Assembly: GCA_945912105.1 (NCBI GenBank) | Contig: CAMEBC010000007.1 | Span: 19,471-83,470 of the forward strand | Direction: 5' to 3' | Source of the DNA: [Eubacterium] saphenum | GTDB taxonomy: Bacteria > Bacillota > Clostridia > Lachnospirales > Anaerotignaceae | DNA length: 64,000 nt | Shown: piece after piece, positions 1 through 9,312 of the stretch | Layout: every line of letters begins with the position of its first letter | How positions within the stretch are numbered: position 1 is the first letter of the stretch | Program-made: the position numbers and the translations under genes | The notes under the pieces: generated by a model | The model's input: the letters and a program-made list of their open reading frames with translations, nothing else | Databases searched by the model: none | Told to the model about the DNA's origin: nothing

Positions 1-62
1 GACATTTTTTGGTATAATATATTTATACCAAATTGTGGATTAAGATTTTGAAAGAGGTGAAA

Positions 63-812
63 ATGTTAATAATGATAGAAATAGATGAAAAGTATCAGCA
101 CTCAAGACAGGTTATTGAGTTTATTTATCAGGTTTGTAAAGAAAAATTTGGAACCGCATTTTATAGTCAACATATTAAAATTTTACAGCGGCTAAATGAA
201 GTGCCTGAAACGAAACCAATAAAATTTCATCCAGAATTAAGAATGGATGAAGATTTTATTGTGTATCTTTCGGCTAAAGATGGATTTTGGTGTCAAATAA
301 TATATCAACTTTCTCATGAATTAAGTCATGTTGCTATGGAATGCTATCCGAGAAAAAAGGAATTAAAGTGGATTAGTGAATGTTTGTGTGAATCAGCATC
401 AATATATGTATTGAGAAGAAGTATAGATTTTTTCCAGAATCAAAATTATGATGGATATAAAAAATATACATTATGTGTAGAAGAATATATAAATGATCAT
501 TTAGAAAAAAGCCAAACGCTTTCCAAAAAAGAAGTTAAGAAATACATCAATACCAATTTCGAATATCTAAGAAATGATCCGATTGAAGAAAATGAAATTG
601 GACGACCACGTAACAATATTATAGGAAAGCATTGGGCTGAGATCATTGAACGAAATCAAAATGGATGGAGCGCCATTTCCTTGTTTTCGGAAATTAAATA
701 TGAAAATATGGATGAGGTGAGGTTCTTTGACGATTGGTACAATAAATGTAGAAATAATAATGAAAAGATGTTTGTACGGGAGATTATAGAAACCATTTTT
801 AATATGGAGTAA
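63..812 (+). CDS. Hypothetical protein with gluzincin-like HExxH...E motif (putative zinc metallopeptidase)
   Basis: ORF 33..812. ATG at 63 follows a GAGGTG RBS. Motif QLSHELSHV is followed ~20 aa later by WISECLCESASIY, resembling the HExxH plus ExxA arrangement of MA-clan peptidases. The gene is visibly AT-rich compared with its neighbours. No named family recognised. Confidence 0.55.
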   Translation: MLIMIEIDEKYQHSRQVIEFIYQVCKEKFGTAFYSQHIKILQRLNEVPETKPIKFHPELRMDEDFIVYLSAKDGFWCQIIYQLSHELSHVAMECYPRKKELKWISECLCESASIYVLRRSIDFFQNQNYDGYKKYTLCVEEYINDHLEKSQTLSKKEVKKYINTNFEYLRNDPIEENEIGRPRNNIIGKHWAEIIERNQNGWSAISLFSEIKYENMDEVRFFDDWYNKCRNNNEKMFVREIIETIFNME

Positions 813-826
813 TGGTAGGATATGCA

Positions 827-1417
827 TTATAAGGAGTGGGAACTGCTAATTATTATTGTTTCCAACCTATCAACATCCCACTGTATCGTATAATACCCAT
901 TTGCTTCCGCTATTTCGATCACATGATTATCATATTCCCCGAAAGGCGGCCGAAAAAGATCCATCTCCACCCCTGTCAGATCTTTTACGTTCTGGTGGCA
1001 TTTTTGCAACTCCTGGGCGATCTGTTCAGAGGAGATCTGACTCATATGGGGATGTGTGGCAGAATGATTCCCCAGATCGTGACCTGCTTCTGCGATCTTC
1101 TTCACTTCATCAGGATACTTTTCGACCCAATAGCCGCAAAGAAAGAAAGTGGCTTTTACGTCATTTTCTTTTAAGATACGAAGGAGTTCATCTGTGTCCT
1201 CTGCACCCCAAGCGGCATCAAAACTGACAGAAACCTGCGGTTTTTCTGTTTGTACGCAATAAATTGGAAGTTTCCGTTCTGCACTGGCTGTCACCATAGC
1301 AGAAACCCTTGCGGCGGCAGGAGACAGGGCAAAGGCGGCAGATGCCAACAGCAGCCCACCCAACGCTAGGCAGCCTACCATCTTTTTGGTAATATGTATC
1401 GTTTTAAAAAATTTCAT
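827..1417 (-). CDS. Polysaccharide deacetylase (NodB/CE4, PdaB-like), apparently truncated at the 3' end
   Basis: ORF 827..1495. ATG at 1417 follows a GGAGGG RBS. Has an N-terminal signal/TM segment and the NodB motifs FDAAWG, HSATHPH, RPPFGEYD and WDVD. The ORF stops 15 codons after WDVD, before the last conserved motif of the fold. Confidence 0.7.
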   Translation of the reverse strand: MKFFKTIHITKKMVGCLALGGLLLASAAFALSPAAARVSAMVTASAERKLPIYCVQTEKPQVSVSFDAAWGAEDTDELLRILKENDVKATFFLCGYWVEKYPDEVKKIAEAGHDLGNHSATHPHMSQISSEQIAQELQKCHQNVKDLTGVEMDLFRPPFGEYDNHVIEIAEANGYYTIQWDVDRLETIIISSSHSL

Positions 1418-1513
1418 AGAAATCCCTCCGAGGGTTTTTACTAGCAGTATATTTCCCGAGTGGAAAAAAATGAACAGGAAAAGGGCACCTTTCAAGGTGC
1501 CCCCCTTTTTTTG

Positions 1514-1891
1514 TTAGTCACATTCAAAATCCAGTAGACTTTCGATCAGGGATGCCACCTGGAATCTATGTCTATGACCGTCTTCTTCTGTCCATGCGCT
1601 GGCAAAATGCACGTGTTTCCCATTGCCAACTTCGATAGCAGGGGAGGATGTACCACAAAATTCATGGAAATGGCCATCAGCAAAGTCTGTGCGGAATTTG
1701 ATTTCATGCACATGGCTGTCACCACACCGAATTGCTTCACCGGATACAGTAGCAAAACGATGGTTATGGCATTCTTCTTCTTCGTTGAAAACAGCTGTGC
1801 TGCCGGTGATTTCGTGAACGTGGCGCTGTCTTCTGCGGTCATTGCGGTCATTATCCCAGCCCCAGCAATTGCAGCGATCGAACTGACTCAT
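1514..1891 (-). CDS. YmaF family protein (His-rich, sporulation-associated)
   Basis: 125-aa ORF with repeated HVHE / HxH and GxT motifs typical of Bacillus YmaF-like proteins. Confidence 0.65.
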   Translation of the reverse strand: MSQFDRCNCWGWDNDRNDRRRQRHVHEITGSTAVFNEEEECHNHRFATVSGEAIRCGDSHVHEIKFRTDFADGHFHEFCGTSSPAIEVGNGKHVHFASAWTEEDGHRHRFQVASLIESLLDFECD

Positions 1892-2054
1892 GTTTTCTTC
1901 TCCTTTCGCTTTGGGTTATGCTATATCCTATGTAGCAGAACAAAAAAAAGGTGTATAACCTGTTTCCAATTGCCCAACTGAAAAAATCTTGCATACTCTA
2001 TGGCAAAAGAAATTTTCAAGAGCATAAATCAAGGAAACTTCCCCTACAGAACCC

Positions 2055-2082
2055 TTGCATTTTCTTTTTAATCTGCTACAAT
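2055..2082 (+). promoter_or_regulatory. Sigma-A-type promoter (TTGCAT-16 nt-TACAAT)
   Basis: TTGCAT at 2055-2060 and TACAAT at 2077-2082, about 45 nt upstream of the radical SAM start. Confidence 0.4.
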
Positions 2083-2127
2083 AAATAAGTTAAGAATTTT
2101 TTGTTTTTGCACAAAGGAGAAAGAAAA

Positions 2128-3282
2128 ATGGAAGAAATGGTGTTTCAGATTGGGCCCATCCGTCCCCCTAGTGAAGCAAACAGCTTGCTGCTGCGGGTAA
2201 CGGTAAACTGCCCTTGGAATAAATGCAAATTTTGTATGTTGTATAAAAAATACGATTTCCATACTCGCCCGGTGGAAGATGTCAAAAAGGATATCGATAC
2301 CATGGCAGAACTGCGTGATCGTATCTTACAGTATAAAAAAGACGGTGAATGGGATATCACTGCCATCAATCAGGATTATCAGTCCCTGACAACAGACGAC
2401 CAGCGCTGGTGTTACCATATGGTGTTCCGCTGGATGACAGAAGGCGACTGCAATTCTATCTTCCTGCAGGACGCTAATACCATGTGTCTGCGTGCCGACT
2501 GGTTGGCGGAGATCATCCGTTATGTGCGTGTGAAGCTGCCTGAAATCAAGCGTATCACTTCCTACGGCAGAGCCAATACTTTGGCGAAGATCAGCCCCGA
2601 GGATTATAAAATGCTGAAGGAAGCAGGCTTAGACCGTATCCACTCCGGCTATGAATCCGGTTCCGATAAGGTACTGGCTCTCATTGAAAAGGGCTGTACT
2701 CAGGAAGAACAGATCATCGGCGGCAGAAAGGTCAGAGAAGCAGGCATCGAACTGTCCATCTATTTCATGCCCGGTGTTGGCGGGAAAGAACTTTCCGATG
2801 ATAATGCCATTGAAACAGCGAAGGTCATCAATGCGGTAAACCCCAATTTTGTCCGTCTGCGTACTTTTGTTCTGCGTACCGGCTCTCTGATGGAAGAGGT
2901 GCGGGATGCCGGCGGCTGGACAGAAGATACTGATATGAACAAACTGCTGGAAATCAGAAAATTACTGGCGCATATCGACCCCACAAAAGCCAACGGCAAG
3001 ATCACCAGTGACCATATCATCAACCTGCTGCAGGAAGTCAATGGCGATATGGATACAGACCTGCCCTGGATGCTGGAATATATCGATTCCTTCCTGGCAC
3101 TGCCTGAACTGGAACAGAGAAAATATCAGCTGGCACGCCGTATGGGCTTCCCTCTGGACTGGAAGCAGCTTTGGCGCATGAAGGAAAGTGACAGACTGAT
3201 CATCGAAGATATGGCGAAAAATATCGTCGACGAAACTGAATGGGAAAAGAAACTCCATACCTATATGGATCACTATATTTAA
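2128..3282 (+). CDS. Radical SAM protein with non-canonical CX4CX2C cluster motif
   Basis: ORF 2101..3282. ATG at 2128 follows an AAGGAG RBS. N-terminal GPIRPPSEANSLLLRVTVNCPWNKCKFC. The rest is TIM-barrel-like (GYESGSD, FMPGVGG). No C-terminal Cys cluster (no SPASM domain). Confidence 0.8.
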   Translation: MEEMVFQIGPIRPPSEANSLLLRVTVNCPWNKCKFCMLYKKYDFHTRPVEDVKKDIDTMAELRDRILQYKKDGEWDITAINQDYQSLTTDDQRWCYHMVFRWMTEGDCNSIFLQDANTMCLRADWLAEIIRYVRVKLPEIKRITSYGRANTLAKISPEDYKMLKEAGLDRIHSGYESGSDKVLALIEKGCTQEEQIIGGRKVREAGIELSIYFMPGVGGKELSDDNAIETAKVINAVNPNFVRLRTFVLRTGSLMEEVRDAGGWTEDTDMNKLLEIRKLLAHIDPTKANGKITSDHIINLLQEVNGDMDTDLPWMLEYIDSFLALPELEQRKYQLARRMGFPLDWKQLWRMKESDRLIIEDMAKNIVDETEWEKKLHTYMDHYI

Positions 3283-3295
3283 GGAGGTGTTGTAG

Positions 3296-3499
3296 ATGAC
3301 AACGGAAACTCTTTTTACTGCGATCATCCCCGCAATCCTGATTTTTTGTCTGGTATTCTTCAATATCCGTAAAATGCAGAAACAGGCGAAAATCATGCGT
3401 ATGGAACAGGAAGGCAAATGCGGCAGCGGCTGTGCAGGCTGTGCCCATAGTGCCGGTTGCAATTCTCCTCAGAAAAAGGAAGATGAATTGAAGAAATAA
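3296..3499 (+). CDS. Small Cys-rich membrane protein (FeoB-associated Cys-rich family-like)
   Basis: 67 aa starting 14 nt after the radical SAM stop. One N-terminal TM helix, then GKCGSGCAGCAHSAGC. Confidence 0.55.
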   Translation: MTTETLFTAIIPAILIFCLVFFNIRKMQKQAKIMRMEQEGKCGSGCAGCAHSAGCNSPQKKEDELKK

Positions 3500-3500
3500 G

Positions 3501-3547
3501 AAAAAACCTCAAACCGTTTGTATTTCGAATTGGTTTGAGGTTTTTTT
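3501..3547. terminator. Bidirectional rho-independent terminator
   Basis: CCTCAAACC (3507-3515) pairs with GGTTTGAGG (3532-3540), flanked by an A-run and T7. Lies between convergent genes. Confidence 0.75.
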
Positions 3548-3551
3548 ATGC

Positions 3552-4274
3552 CTATTCTGTTTCTTTCGTTTTTGCTTCATGTTCGTTCCGATAGCGAGAC
3601 ATCAGCCCGTGGAACAGTTCTTCCGCTGTGGGTGGGGTGAAGCTGATGGCATTGGCGCCGGCTTCTACTGTTTTGCGGATGGTTTCACGGGAGGGACCGC
3701 CTGTAGCGATGATCGGCACATCGGGATATCGTTCTCGAATAATACGAACCACTTCCGGCGTGCGGGCTGCTGCGGATACATTCAAAATGCTGGTTCCTGC
3801 CTCTAGACGGGCATCGATATCTGTATTTTCATCCAATACTGTCACAACGATCGGAATATCTACCACACGGGCGATCTGTTCGATGACAGCATTGCTGGTA
3901 GGCGCATTCACCACCACTGCCATTGCTCCCAGTGCTTCCGCATCCTTTGCCAGCATAACAACACGGGCGCCTGTGGTGGTACCGCCGCCAACGCCGCAGA
4001 ATACGGGCAGGCTGGAAGTAGAAACGATGGCATCGGCAATGATCTGTTGGGGTGTAAAGGGATAGACAGCCAGCACTGCATCTGCATTGCAGTTGCGGAT
4101 GATGGCAATATCGGTGGAGAAGATCAGTGATTTGATGCGTCGCCCCATGATGACAATGCCGCTGGCAGCGTAGATTTCCTCTGGCATCGTTACAATATGA
4201 TGGCTTCTTAGTTTTGTTTGGACATGAGGGATCTTTTTCTCCAGTAGGACTTTTTTGTGATTCAAAGGCAACAC
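3552..4274 (-). CDS. Hypothetical TIM-barrel-like protein (phosphate-binding barrel, family not identified)
   Basis: 240-aa ORF. Gly-rich motifs CGVGGGTTTG and IIATGGPS resemble the phosphate-binding loops of ThiG/NanE/IGPS-like barrels. Start uncertain: TTG at 4265 has better RBS spacing than GTG at 4274. Confidence 0.55.
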   Translation of the reverse strand: MLPLNHKKVLLEKKIPHVQTKLRSHHIVTMPEEIYAASGIVIMGRRIKSLIFSTDIAIIRNCNADAVLAVYPFTPQQIIADAIVSTSSLPVFCGVGGGTTTGARVVMLAKDAEALGAMAVVVNAPTSNAVIEQIARVVDIPIVVTVLDENTDIDARLEAGTSILNVSAAARTPEVVRIIRERYPDVPIIATGGPSRETIRKTVEAGANAISFTPPTAEELFHGLMSRYRNEHEAKTKETE

Positions 4275-4476
4275 TTCCTTTCTTTTTTTGTAGATGTAGG
4301 TTTTTTGAAAAATTATGTAACTATCTTATGTAACCATTATACGTTGTAGGAGAAGCTGTTGTCAAGCAGATGGAGTTTTTGAAAAAAATGGGTGTGATCG
4401 GTCGGACTTGACAGAGATAAAGTTTGGCTATAAACTACAAGAAAGCATTTTTGTCAATTTATTGAATTTTGGAGTG

Positions 4477-5394
4477 ATGAATTTGGAGGCTTATATAGCT
4501 TTGATCTGTTCTCTTGTGCTGAATGCCGTTCTGTTGGTGCGCATGGGAAATAAGAAGGTGCGGGAACAGGAAAACAACGTAACAGAAGAAGAGATCCGCC
4601 AGATGGTAGATGCCGGCGGCGACAATGGCTCTATCGATGAAAACGAAAAAGAAATGATCAACAATATCTTCGAACTGAGCAATATTTCTGTGGGGAATAT
4701 CGCTACCCATCGAACAGATATTGTTGCGGTCCCTCTGGATGCCACACTGGAAGAAATCAAAAGCGTCATGGCAGAGGAAAAATATTCCAGAATCGTTGTC
4801 TATGATGATAATATCGATAATATCGTCGGTGTCTGTCATGTAAAGGATATGGTTAAATATATCCTTGCAGATGTGACCCGTGTGGAAGAAGGTCATTTCC
4901 ATTTGGAAGATATCCTGATGCAGCCTTATTTTATCCCTTTTTCCAAAAAGGTTGACGAGCTGCTGCAGGAAATGCAGCTGGAAAAGGTACACATGGCCAT
5001 CGTCATCGATGAATACGGCGGTACAGCCGGTATCGTCACTATGGAAGATATCATGGAAGAGATCTTCGGCAATATCTTTGATGAATATGATGTGGAAGAA
5101 GAAGAGGATATTACTTTGACAGAGGATGGGGTCTATCGCATCAACGGTACCACCGATCTGCAGGATGTGGAAGAACAGCTGGAGATCACCTTTGAAGAAA
5201 CCGAAGATTATGATACCCTTGGGGGCTACCTCATCGGTCAGTTGGGGCGTATCCCCGAAGAAGATGAAGCCATTGAGATCGAGCTCTGCGGCTGGCTGTT
5301 CCAGATCGAGGGCATCGAAGAAAAACGTATCGATAAGGTTTTTGCTACAAAATTACCAGAGGAAACAGTAGAAGAGTCTGTTTCCGAGGAATGA
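4477..5394 (+). CDS. CBS-pair plus CorC/HlyC-domain protein with a single N-terminal TM helix (CorC/CNNM family lacking a full DUF21 domain)
   Basis: ORF 4408..5394. Has the VTEEEIRQMVD and IDENEKEMINNIFEL linker, tandem CBS domains and a C-terminal transporter-associated domain. Start ambiguous: ATG 4477 or TTG 4499. Confidence 0.75.
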   Translation: MNLEAYIALICSLVLNAVLLVRMGNKKVREQENNVTEEEIRQMVDAGGDNGSIDENEKEMINNIFELSNISVGNIATHRTDIVAVPLDATLEEIKSVMAEEKYSRIVVYDDNIDNIVGVCHVKDMVKYILADVTRVEEGHFHLEDILMQPYFIPFSKKVDELLQEMQLEKVHMAIVIDEYGGTAGIVTMEDIMEEIFGNIFDEYDVEEEEDITLTEDGVYRINGTTDLQDVEEQLEITFEETEDYDTLGGYLIGQLGRIPEEDEAIEIELCGWLFQIEGIEEKRIDKVFATKLPEETVEESVSEE

Positions 5395-5417
5395 TTTTTT
5401 ATAAGGAGGAATGTTTT

Positions 5418-5930
5418 ATGTTAAATGAAAAAGTTGTGGAACTGCTGAATGATCAGATCGTAAAGGAATTGTATTCCGCTTACCTGTATCTGGATTTCTC
5501 CAATTTCTATTCTGAAAAAGGCTTGGATGGCTTTGCAAACTGGTATCGCATCCAGGCACAGGAAGAAAGAGACCATGCACTGCTGTTCTATGATTACCTG
5601 CACAACAACAGTGAAAAGGTAACACTGGGTGCTATCGATGCCCCCAGCGTGAAACTGGATGCACTGATGGATCCTCTGAAGGAAGGTCTGAAGCATGAAG
5701 AATACGTAACAGATCTGATCCATACCATCTACGCTGCTGCAAAGGATGTAAATGACTTCCGTACCATGCAGTTCCTGGATTGGTTCGTAAAAGAACAGGG
5801 CGAAGAAGAAAAGAATGCCAACGACCTCATCACAAAGATGGAACTGTTTGGCAGCGATCCTAAGAGCCTGTATATGCTGGATCAGGAACTGGGCGCAAGA
5901 GTATATTCTGCACCTTCTCTGGTTCTGTAA
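5418..5930 (+). CDS. Ferritin (non-haem, bacterial)
   Basis: ATG at 5418 follows an AAGGAGG RBS. Ferroxidase-site pattern: ELYSAYLYL, QAQEERDHA, EEY, QFLDWFVKEQGEEE. Confidence 0.9.
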   Translation: MLNEKVVELLNDQIVKELYSAYLYLDFSNFYSEKGLDGFANWYRIQAQEERDHALLFYDYLHNNSEKVTLGAIDAPSVKLDALMDPLKEGLKHEEYVTDLIHTIYAAAKDVNDFRTMQFLDWFVKEQGEEEKNANDLITKMELFGSDPKSLYMLDQELGARVYSAPSLVL

Positions 5931-5967
5931 TCAGTATTTTCTAAAAATCTGGCTTCATATGGTTTTC

Positions 5968-5999
5968 AAAAAGACACGGTTTTTTCCGTGTCTTTTTTT
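5968..5999 (+). terminator. Rho-independent terminator
   Basis: AAGACACGG pairs with CCGTGTCTT, followed by a T-run. Confidence 0.75.
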
Positions 6000-6059
6000 C
6001 ACCAAAAAATTTGTCCATACATACTCTGAAATAGAAAAGAACGAGAGGATGGATTTTCT

Positions 6060-6866
6060 ATGCCCAATAACAACTGGTATGAAACAAGTGAAGATATGAT
6101 GATGCCCCTGCCTTTGACAGCAGAACAGGCCAATGAAGCTGTAAATGAAAGGACATTGACGGAGGAAATGGTGGATGATACTGCCCGCCGCCGTTTTCCC
6201 AGCATCACTTTGCCCAATAATACCAATATCACTGTGATTCCCATCATCCCCGGTATCACCCTTTTTGGATATATCCGTTTTATGAACGCCAGCCCCGGGG
6301 AAACGAGGGTAGATATCTATGTCAATGGGCGGAAAGTGGCGTCCAATCTGCTGTATCGCAACTTTACGGAATATATGAAGGTCTTTCCCGGCTGGTACCG
6401 TATCGCCGTCTATGCCGCAGGCACCATCCGCAATCCTCTGACGGTAACGACACTGCAGGTGGAGGCAAACAGTATCACCACACTGGCAGTCATCGGCCTT
6501 TCCGGGGAAATCTCTACCTTAGCCATCAATGACAGCCGCCGTTTTTTGAATCGGAACCGGGCTTATGTGCGCTTTGTGCAGCTTTCCCCCAATGCACCTA
6601 CCATGGATGCCTACTGGGACGATGCCCTTGTGGTTTCCGAATTGAATTATCAGGATATCAGCCGATATATGACCACTGCCCCCGGCAGCCATAACCTGAA
6701 GATGCGAGATAGCCTCAGCGGGGCAAATTTGGTGGAACATCCTGATGTGAGGGTAGAGGGCGGCAAGGCTTATACCATTTATGTGGTGGGGGATATTACC
6801 GACAGAACAGGTCTGCAGGTTCTGATTCCTATGGAAGGCAATACCTATTTGAATTTTGGCGAATAA
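6060..6866 (+). CDS. DUF4397 domain-containing protein
   Basis: 268-aa ORF with two repeats of the pattern (I/V)RF(M/V)xxSPxxxxxDxY...(YRNFTEY / YQDISRY) typical of DUF4397. Confidence 0.65.
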   Translation: MPNNNWYETSEDMMMPLPLTAEQANEAVNERTLTEEMVDDTARRRFPSITLPNNTNITVIPIIPGITLFGYIRFMNASPGETRVDIYVNGRKVASNLLYRNFTEYMKVFPGWYRIAVYAAGTIRNPLTVTTLQVEANSITTLAVIGLSGEISTLAINDSRRFLNRNRAYVRFVQLSPNAPTMDAYWDDALVVSELNYQDISRYMTTAPGSHNLKMRDSLSGANLVEHPDVRVEGGKAYTIYVVGDITDRTGLQVLIPMEGNTYLNFGE

Positions 6867-6992
6867 GCTTCGATAAATTCAATGGATTTTTTTCTGAAAA
6901 AACTATACGGAAATGAAAATAATTGTTATAATAGCGACAATGGTGTGCCGCAAGGGGCGGCAGAAAGTACGATTGAAAAAAGGAGAATCATC

Positions 6993-8195
6993 ATGTTAAA
7001 AGGAAAAACCGTTGTTTTAGGTGTAACAGGCAGTATCGCTGCTTATAAAATGGCAAATGTTGCAAGCATGCTGGTGAAGATGGGCGCAGATGTTCATGTC
7101 ATCATGACACAGAATGCCTGCCAGTTCATCACACCTGTTACCTTCGAAACACTGACAGGCAATAAATGTATGGTAGATACCTTTGACCGCAATTTCCAGT
7201 TCCATGTTGCCCATGTTTCCATTGCGAAAAAGGCGGATGTGCTGCTGATCGCTCCTGCTTCTGCAAATGTGATCGGCAAGCTGGCAAATGGCATTGCGGA
7301 TGATATGCTGACAACAACAGCTATGGCCTGCACCTGCAAGACCATCATCGCGCCTGCCATGAATACCAATATGTATCATAATCCCATCCTGCAGGATAAC
7401 CTGAAAAAACTGGAAGGCTATGGCTATGAGATCATCGCCCCTGAAAAAGGTCTGCTGGCTTGCAGAGATATCGGCGATGGCAAAATGCCCTCTGAAGATG
7501 TTCTGGTAGGTCATATTGTCAGAGAGATCGCTTACGAAAAAGACCTTGCCGGCATGAAAGTGATCGTGACCGCAGGCCCTACCCAGGAAAGCATCGACCC
7601 TGTCCGCTATATCACAAACCATTCTACAGGCAAAATGGGCTATGAACTGGCAAAGGCTGCTATGCTGCGCGGTGCGGAGGTAACATTGGTCAGCGGCGTA
7701 ACCATGCTGGAAAAACCTCTGTTTGTGGATTTCGTGCAGATAACCAGTGCAGGGGATATGTTCGAAGCCATGAAAGCTCGTTTCCTGGATAACGATATCA
7801 TTATCAAAGCTGCAGCTGTTGCCGATTATAAGCCTAAAAATTACAACGATGAAAAAACAAAGAAAAAAGACGGCGATATGTCTATCGAGCTGGACAGAAC
7901 ACAGGATATCCTGAAATATATGGGGGAACACCGCAGAGAAGGGCAGTTCTATTGCGGCTTCTCCATGGAAACCCAGAATATGCTGGAAAATTCCCGTGTA
8001 AAGCTGGATAAGAAAAACATCGACATGGTTGTTGCCAATAACCTGAAAGTAGCCGGCAGCGGCTTTGGTACAGATACCAACGTTGTTACCATGATCTCCA
8101 AGCAGGAAGAAATCGAACTGGAACTGCTGACAAAAGAAGAAGTAGCCCATAAGATTCTGGATGAAATCCTGAAGCTGAAAGCGCTGAAAGGCTGA
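6993..8195 (+). CDS. coaBC: Bifunctional phosphopantothenoylcysteine decarboxylase / phosphopantothenate-cysteine ligase
   Basis: ATG at 6993 follows an AAGGAG RBS. Flavoprotein N-domain (GVTGSIAAYK, PAMNTNMY) and DFP C-domain (VTAGPTQESIDPVRYITNHSTGKMG). Confidence 0.9.
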   Translation: MLKGKTVVLGVTGSIAAYKMANVASMLVKMGADVHVIMTQNACQFITPVTFETLTGNKCMVDTFDRNFQFHVAHVSIAKKADVLLIAPASANVIGKLANGIADDMLTTTAMACTCKTIIAPAMNTNMYHNPILQDNLKKLEGYGYEIIAPEKGLLACRDIGDGKMPSEDVLVGHIVREIAYEKDLAGMKVIVTAGPTQESIDPVRYITNHSTGKMGYELAKAAMLRGAEVTLVSGVTMLEKPLFVDFVQITSAGDMFEAMKARFLDNDIIIKAAAVADYKPKNYNDEKTKKKDGDMSIELDRTQDILKYMGEHRREGQFYCGFSMETQNMLENSRVKLDKKNIDMVVANNLKVAGSGFGTDTNVVTMISKQEEIELELLTKEEVAHKILDEILKLKALKG

Positions 8196-8214
8196 TATGG
8201 AAATAGCATAATAA

Positions 8215-8255
8215 ATAAAATGACCCCCGCAGGAATTTCCTGCGGGGGTTTGTTG
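8215..8255. terminator. Bidirectional rho-independent terminator
   Basis: CCCCCGCAGG (8224-8233) pairs with CCTGCGGGGG (8239-8248), with A/T-rich flanks. Lies between convergent coaBC and icd. Confidence 0.75.
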
Positions 8256-8268
8256 TGTCCGATTTCTA

Positions 8269-9267
8269 TTAAAGTTTAGCAATGACTGCATCGGCAAATG
8301 CTTCTGTGGAGGCTGTGCCGCCCATATCCTGTGTCAGTGTTTTTCCTTCGGAAATGACTTCGGATACTGCTTTTTCGATGGCTGCCGCTGCTTTTGCTTC
8401 GCCCAGATGCGCCAGCATCAGGGAAGCGGAAAGGATGGCTGCTGTAGGGTTGATCTTATGCTGTCCTGCGATATCAGGGGCGGAACCATGGATAGGTTCA
8501 AAGATGGCGCCGTCTACACCAATATTCGCACTGGGGGTCAGACCCAAGCCACCTACCAGACCTGCGCACAGGTCGGAAACGATATCACCATAGAGGTTGG
8601 GGCAAACCAGTACATCGTAATCTTCGGGATGCATCACCAGTCTCATGCACATGGCATCCACGATGCTGTCGTTGAATTCGATCTGAGGATATTCCTTAGC
8701 GATCTGTCTTGCCACATCCAGGAACAGACCGTCTGTGCATTTCATGATATTTGCCTTATGTACGGCTGTGACTTTCTTTCTGCCTTCCCGTACTGCATAT
8801 TCAAAGGCGTAACGGCAGATGCGTTCGCAGCCCTTTCTTGTGATGAGCTTAATGCTTTCTGCGGCATCCTCGCCTACCATGTGTTCGATACCTGCGTAAA
8901 GGTCTTCTGTATTTTCACGGACGATCACCAGATCGATGTTGTCGTATCTTGTGATAACGCCGGGATAAGTTTTTGCGGGGCGCACGTTGGCATACAGGTC
9001 GAAAGTCTTACGCAGGGCAACGTTTACACTGCGGAAGCCTGTGCCGACGGGGGTGGTGATGGGGCCTTTCAGGGCAACGCCGTTTTTGCGGATGGATTCG
9101 ATGACATGGTCGGGCAGGGGAGTGCCATATTTTTCGATCATGGCTGCGCCTGCTTCCATTTCGTCCCACTGGATATCTACGCCAGTTGCTTCAACGACTC
9201 TTTTTGCTGCAGCAACGACTTCGGGGCCGCTGCCATCACCGGGGATCAAAGTTACTTTATGTGCCAT
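8269..9267 (-). CDS. icd: Isocitrate dehydrogenase (NAD-type; isocitrate/isopropylmalate dehydrogenase family)
   Basis: 332 aa, [17 protein letters not shown], and the GSAPDIAG motif of beta-decarboxylating dehydrogenases. The IDH assignment rests on operon context with aconitase and a citrate synthase-like gene. Confidence 0.7.
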   Translation of the reverse strand: MAHKVTLIPGDGSGPEVVAAAKRVVEATGVDIQWDEMEAGAAMIEKYGTPLPDHVIESIRKNGVALKGPITTPVGTGFRSVNVALRKTFDLYANVRPAKTYPGVITRYDNIDLVIVRENTEDLYAGIEHMVGEDAAESIKLITRKGCERICRYAFEYAVREGRKKVTAVHKANIMKCTDGLFLDVARQIAKEYPQIEFNDSIVDAMCMRLVMHPEDYDVLVCPNLYGDIVSDLCAGLVGGLGLTPSANIGVDGAIFEPIHGSAPDIAGQHKINPTAAILSASLMLAHLGEAKAAAAIEKAVSEVISEGKTLTQDMGGTASTEAFADAVIAKL

Positions 9268-9312
9268 ATTCTAACTTCCTTTCATCTTGAGGGTTTCACC
9301 TTCAAACTCCTA

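Noticed and set aside
2128-3499. Radical SAM gene plus a small Cys-rich peptide as a SCIFF/ranthipeptide-type RiPP cluster.
   Set aside because: The radical SAM protein has no SPASM or auxiliary Cys cluster. The peptide has an N-terminal TM helix and a GCxGC tail typical of the FeoB-associated membrane protein family rather than a leader-core precursor, and the gene order is reversed relative to SCIFF loci.
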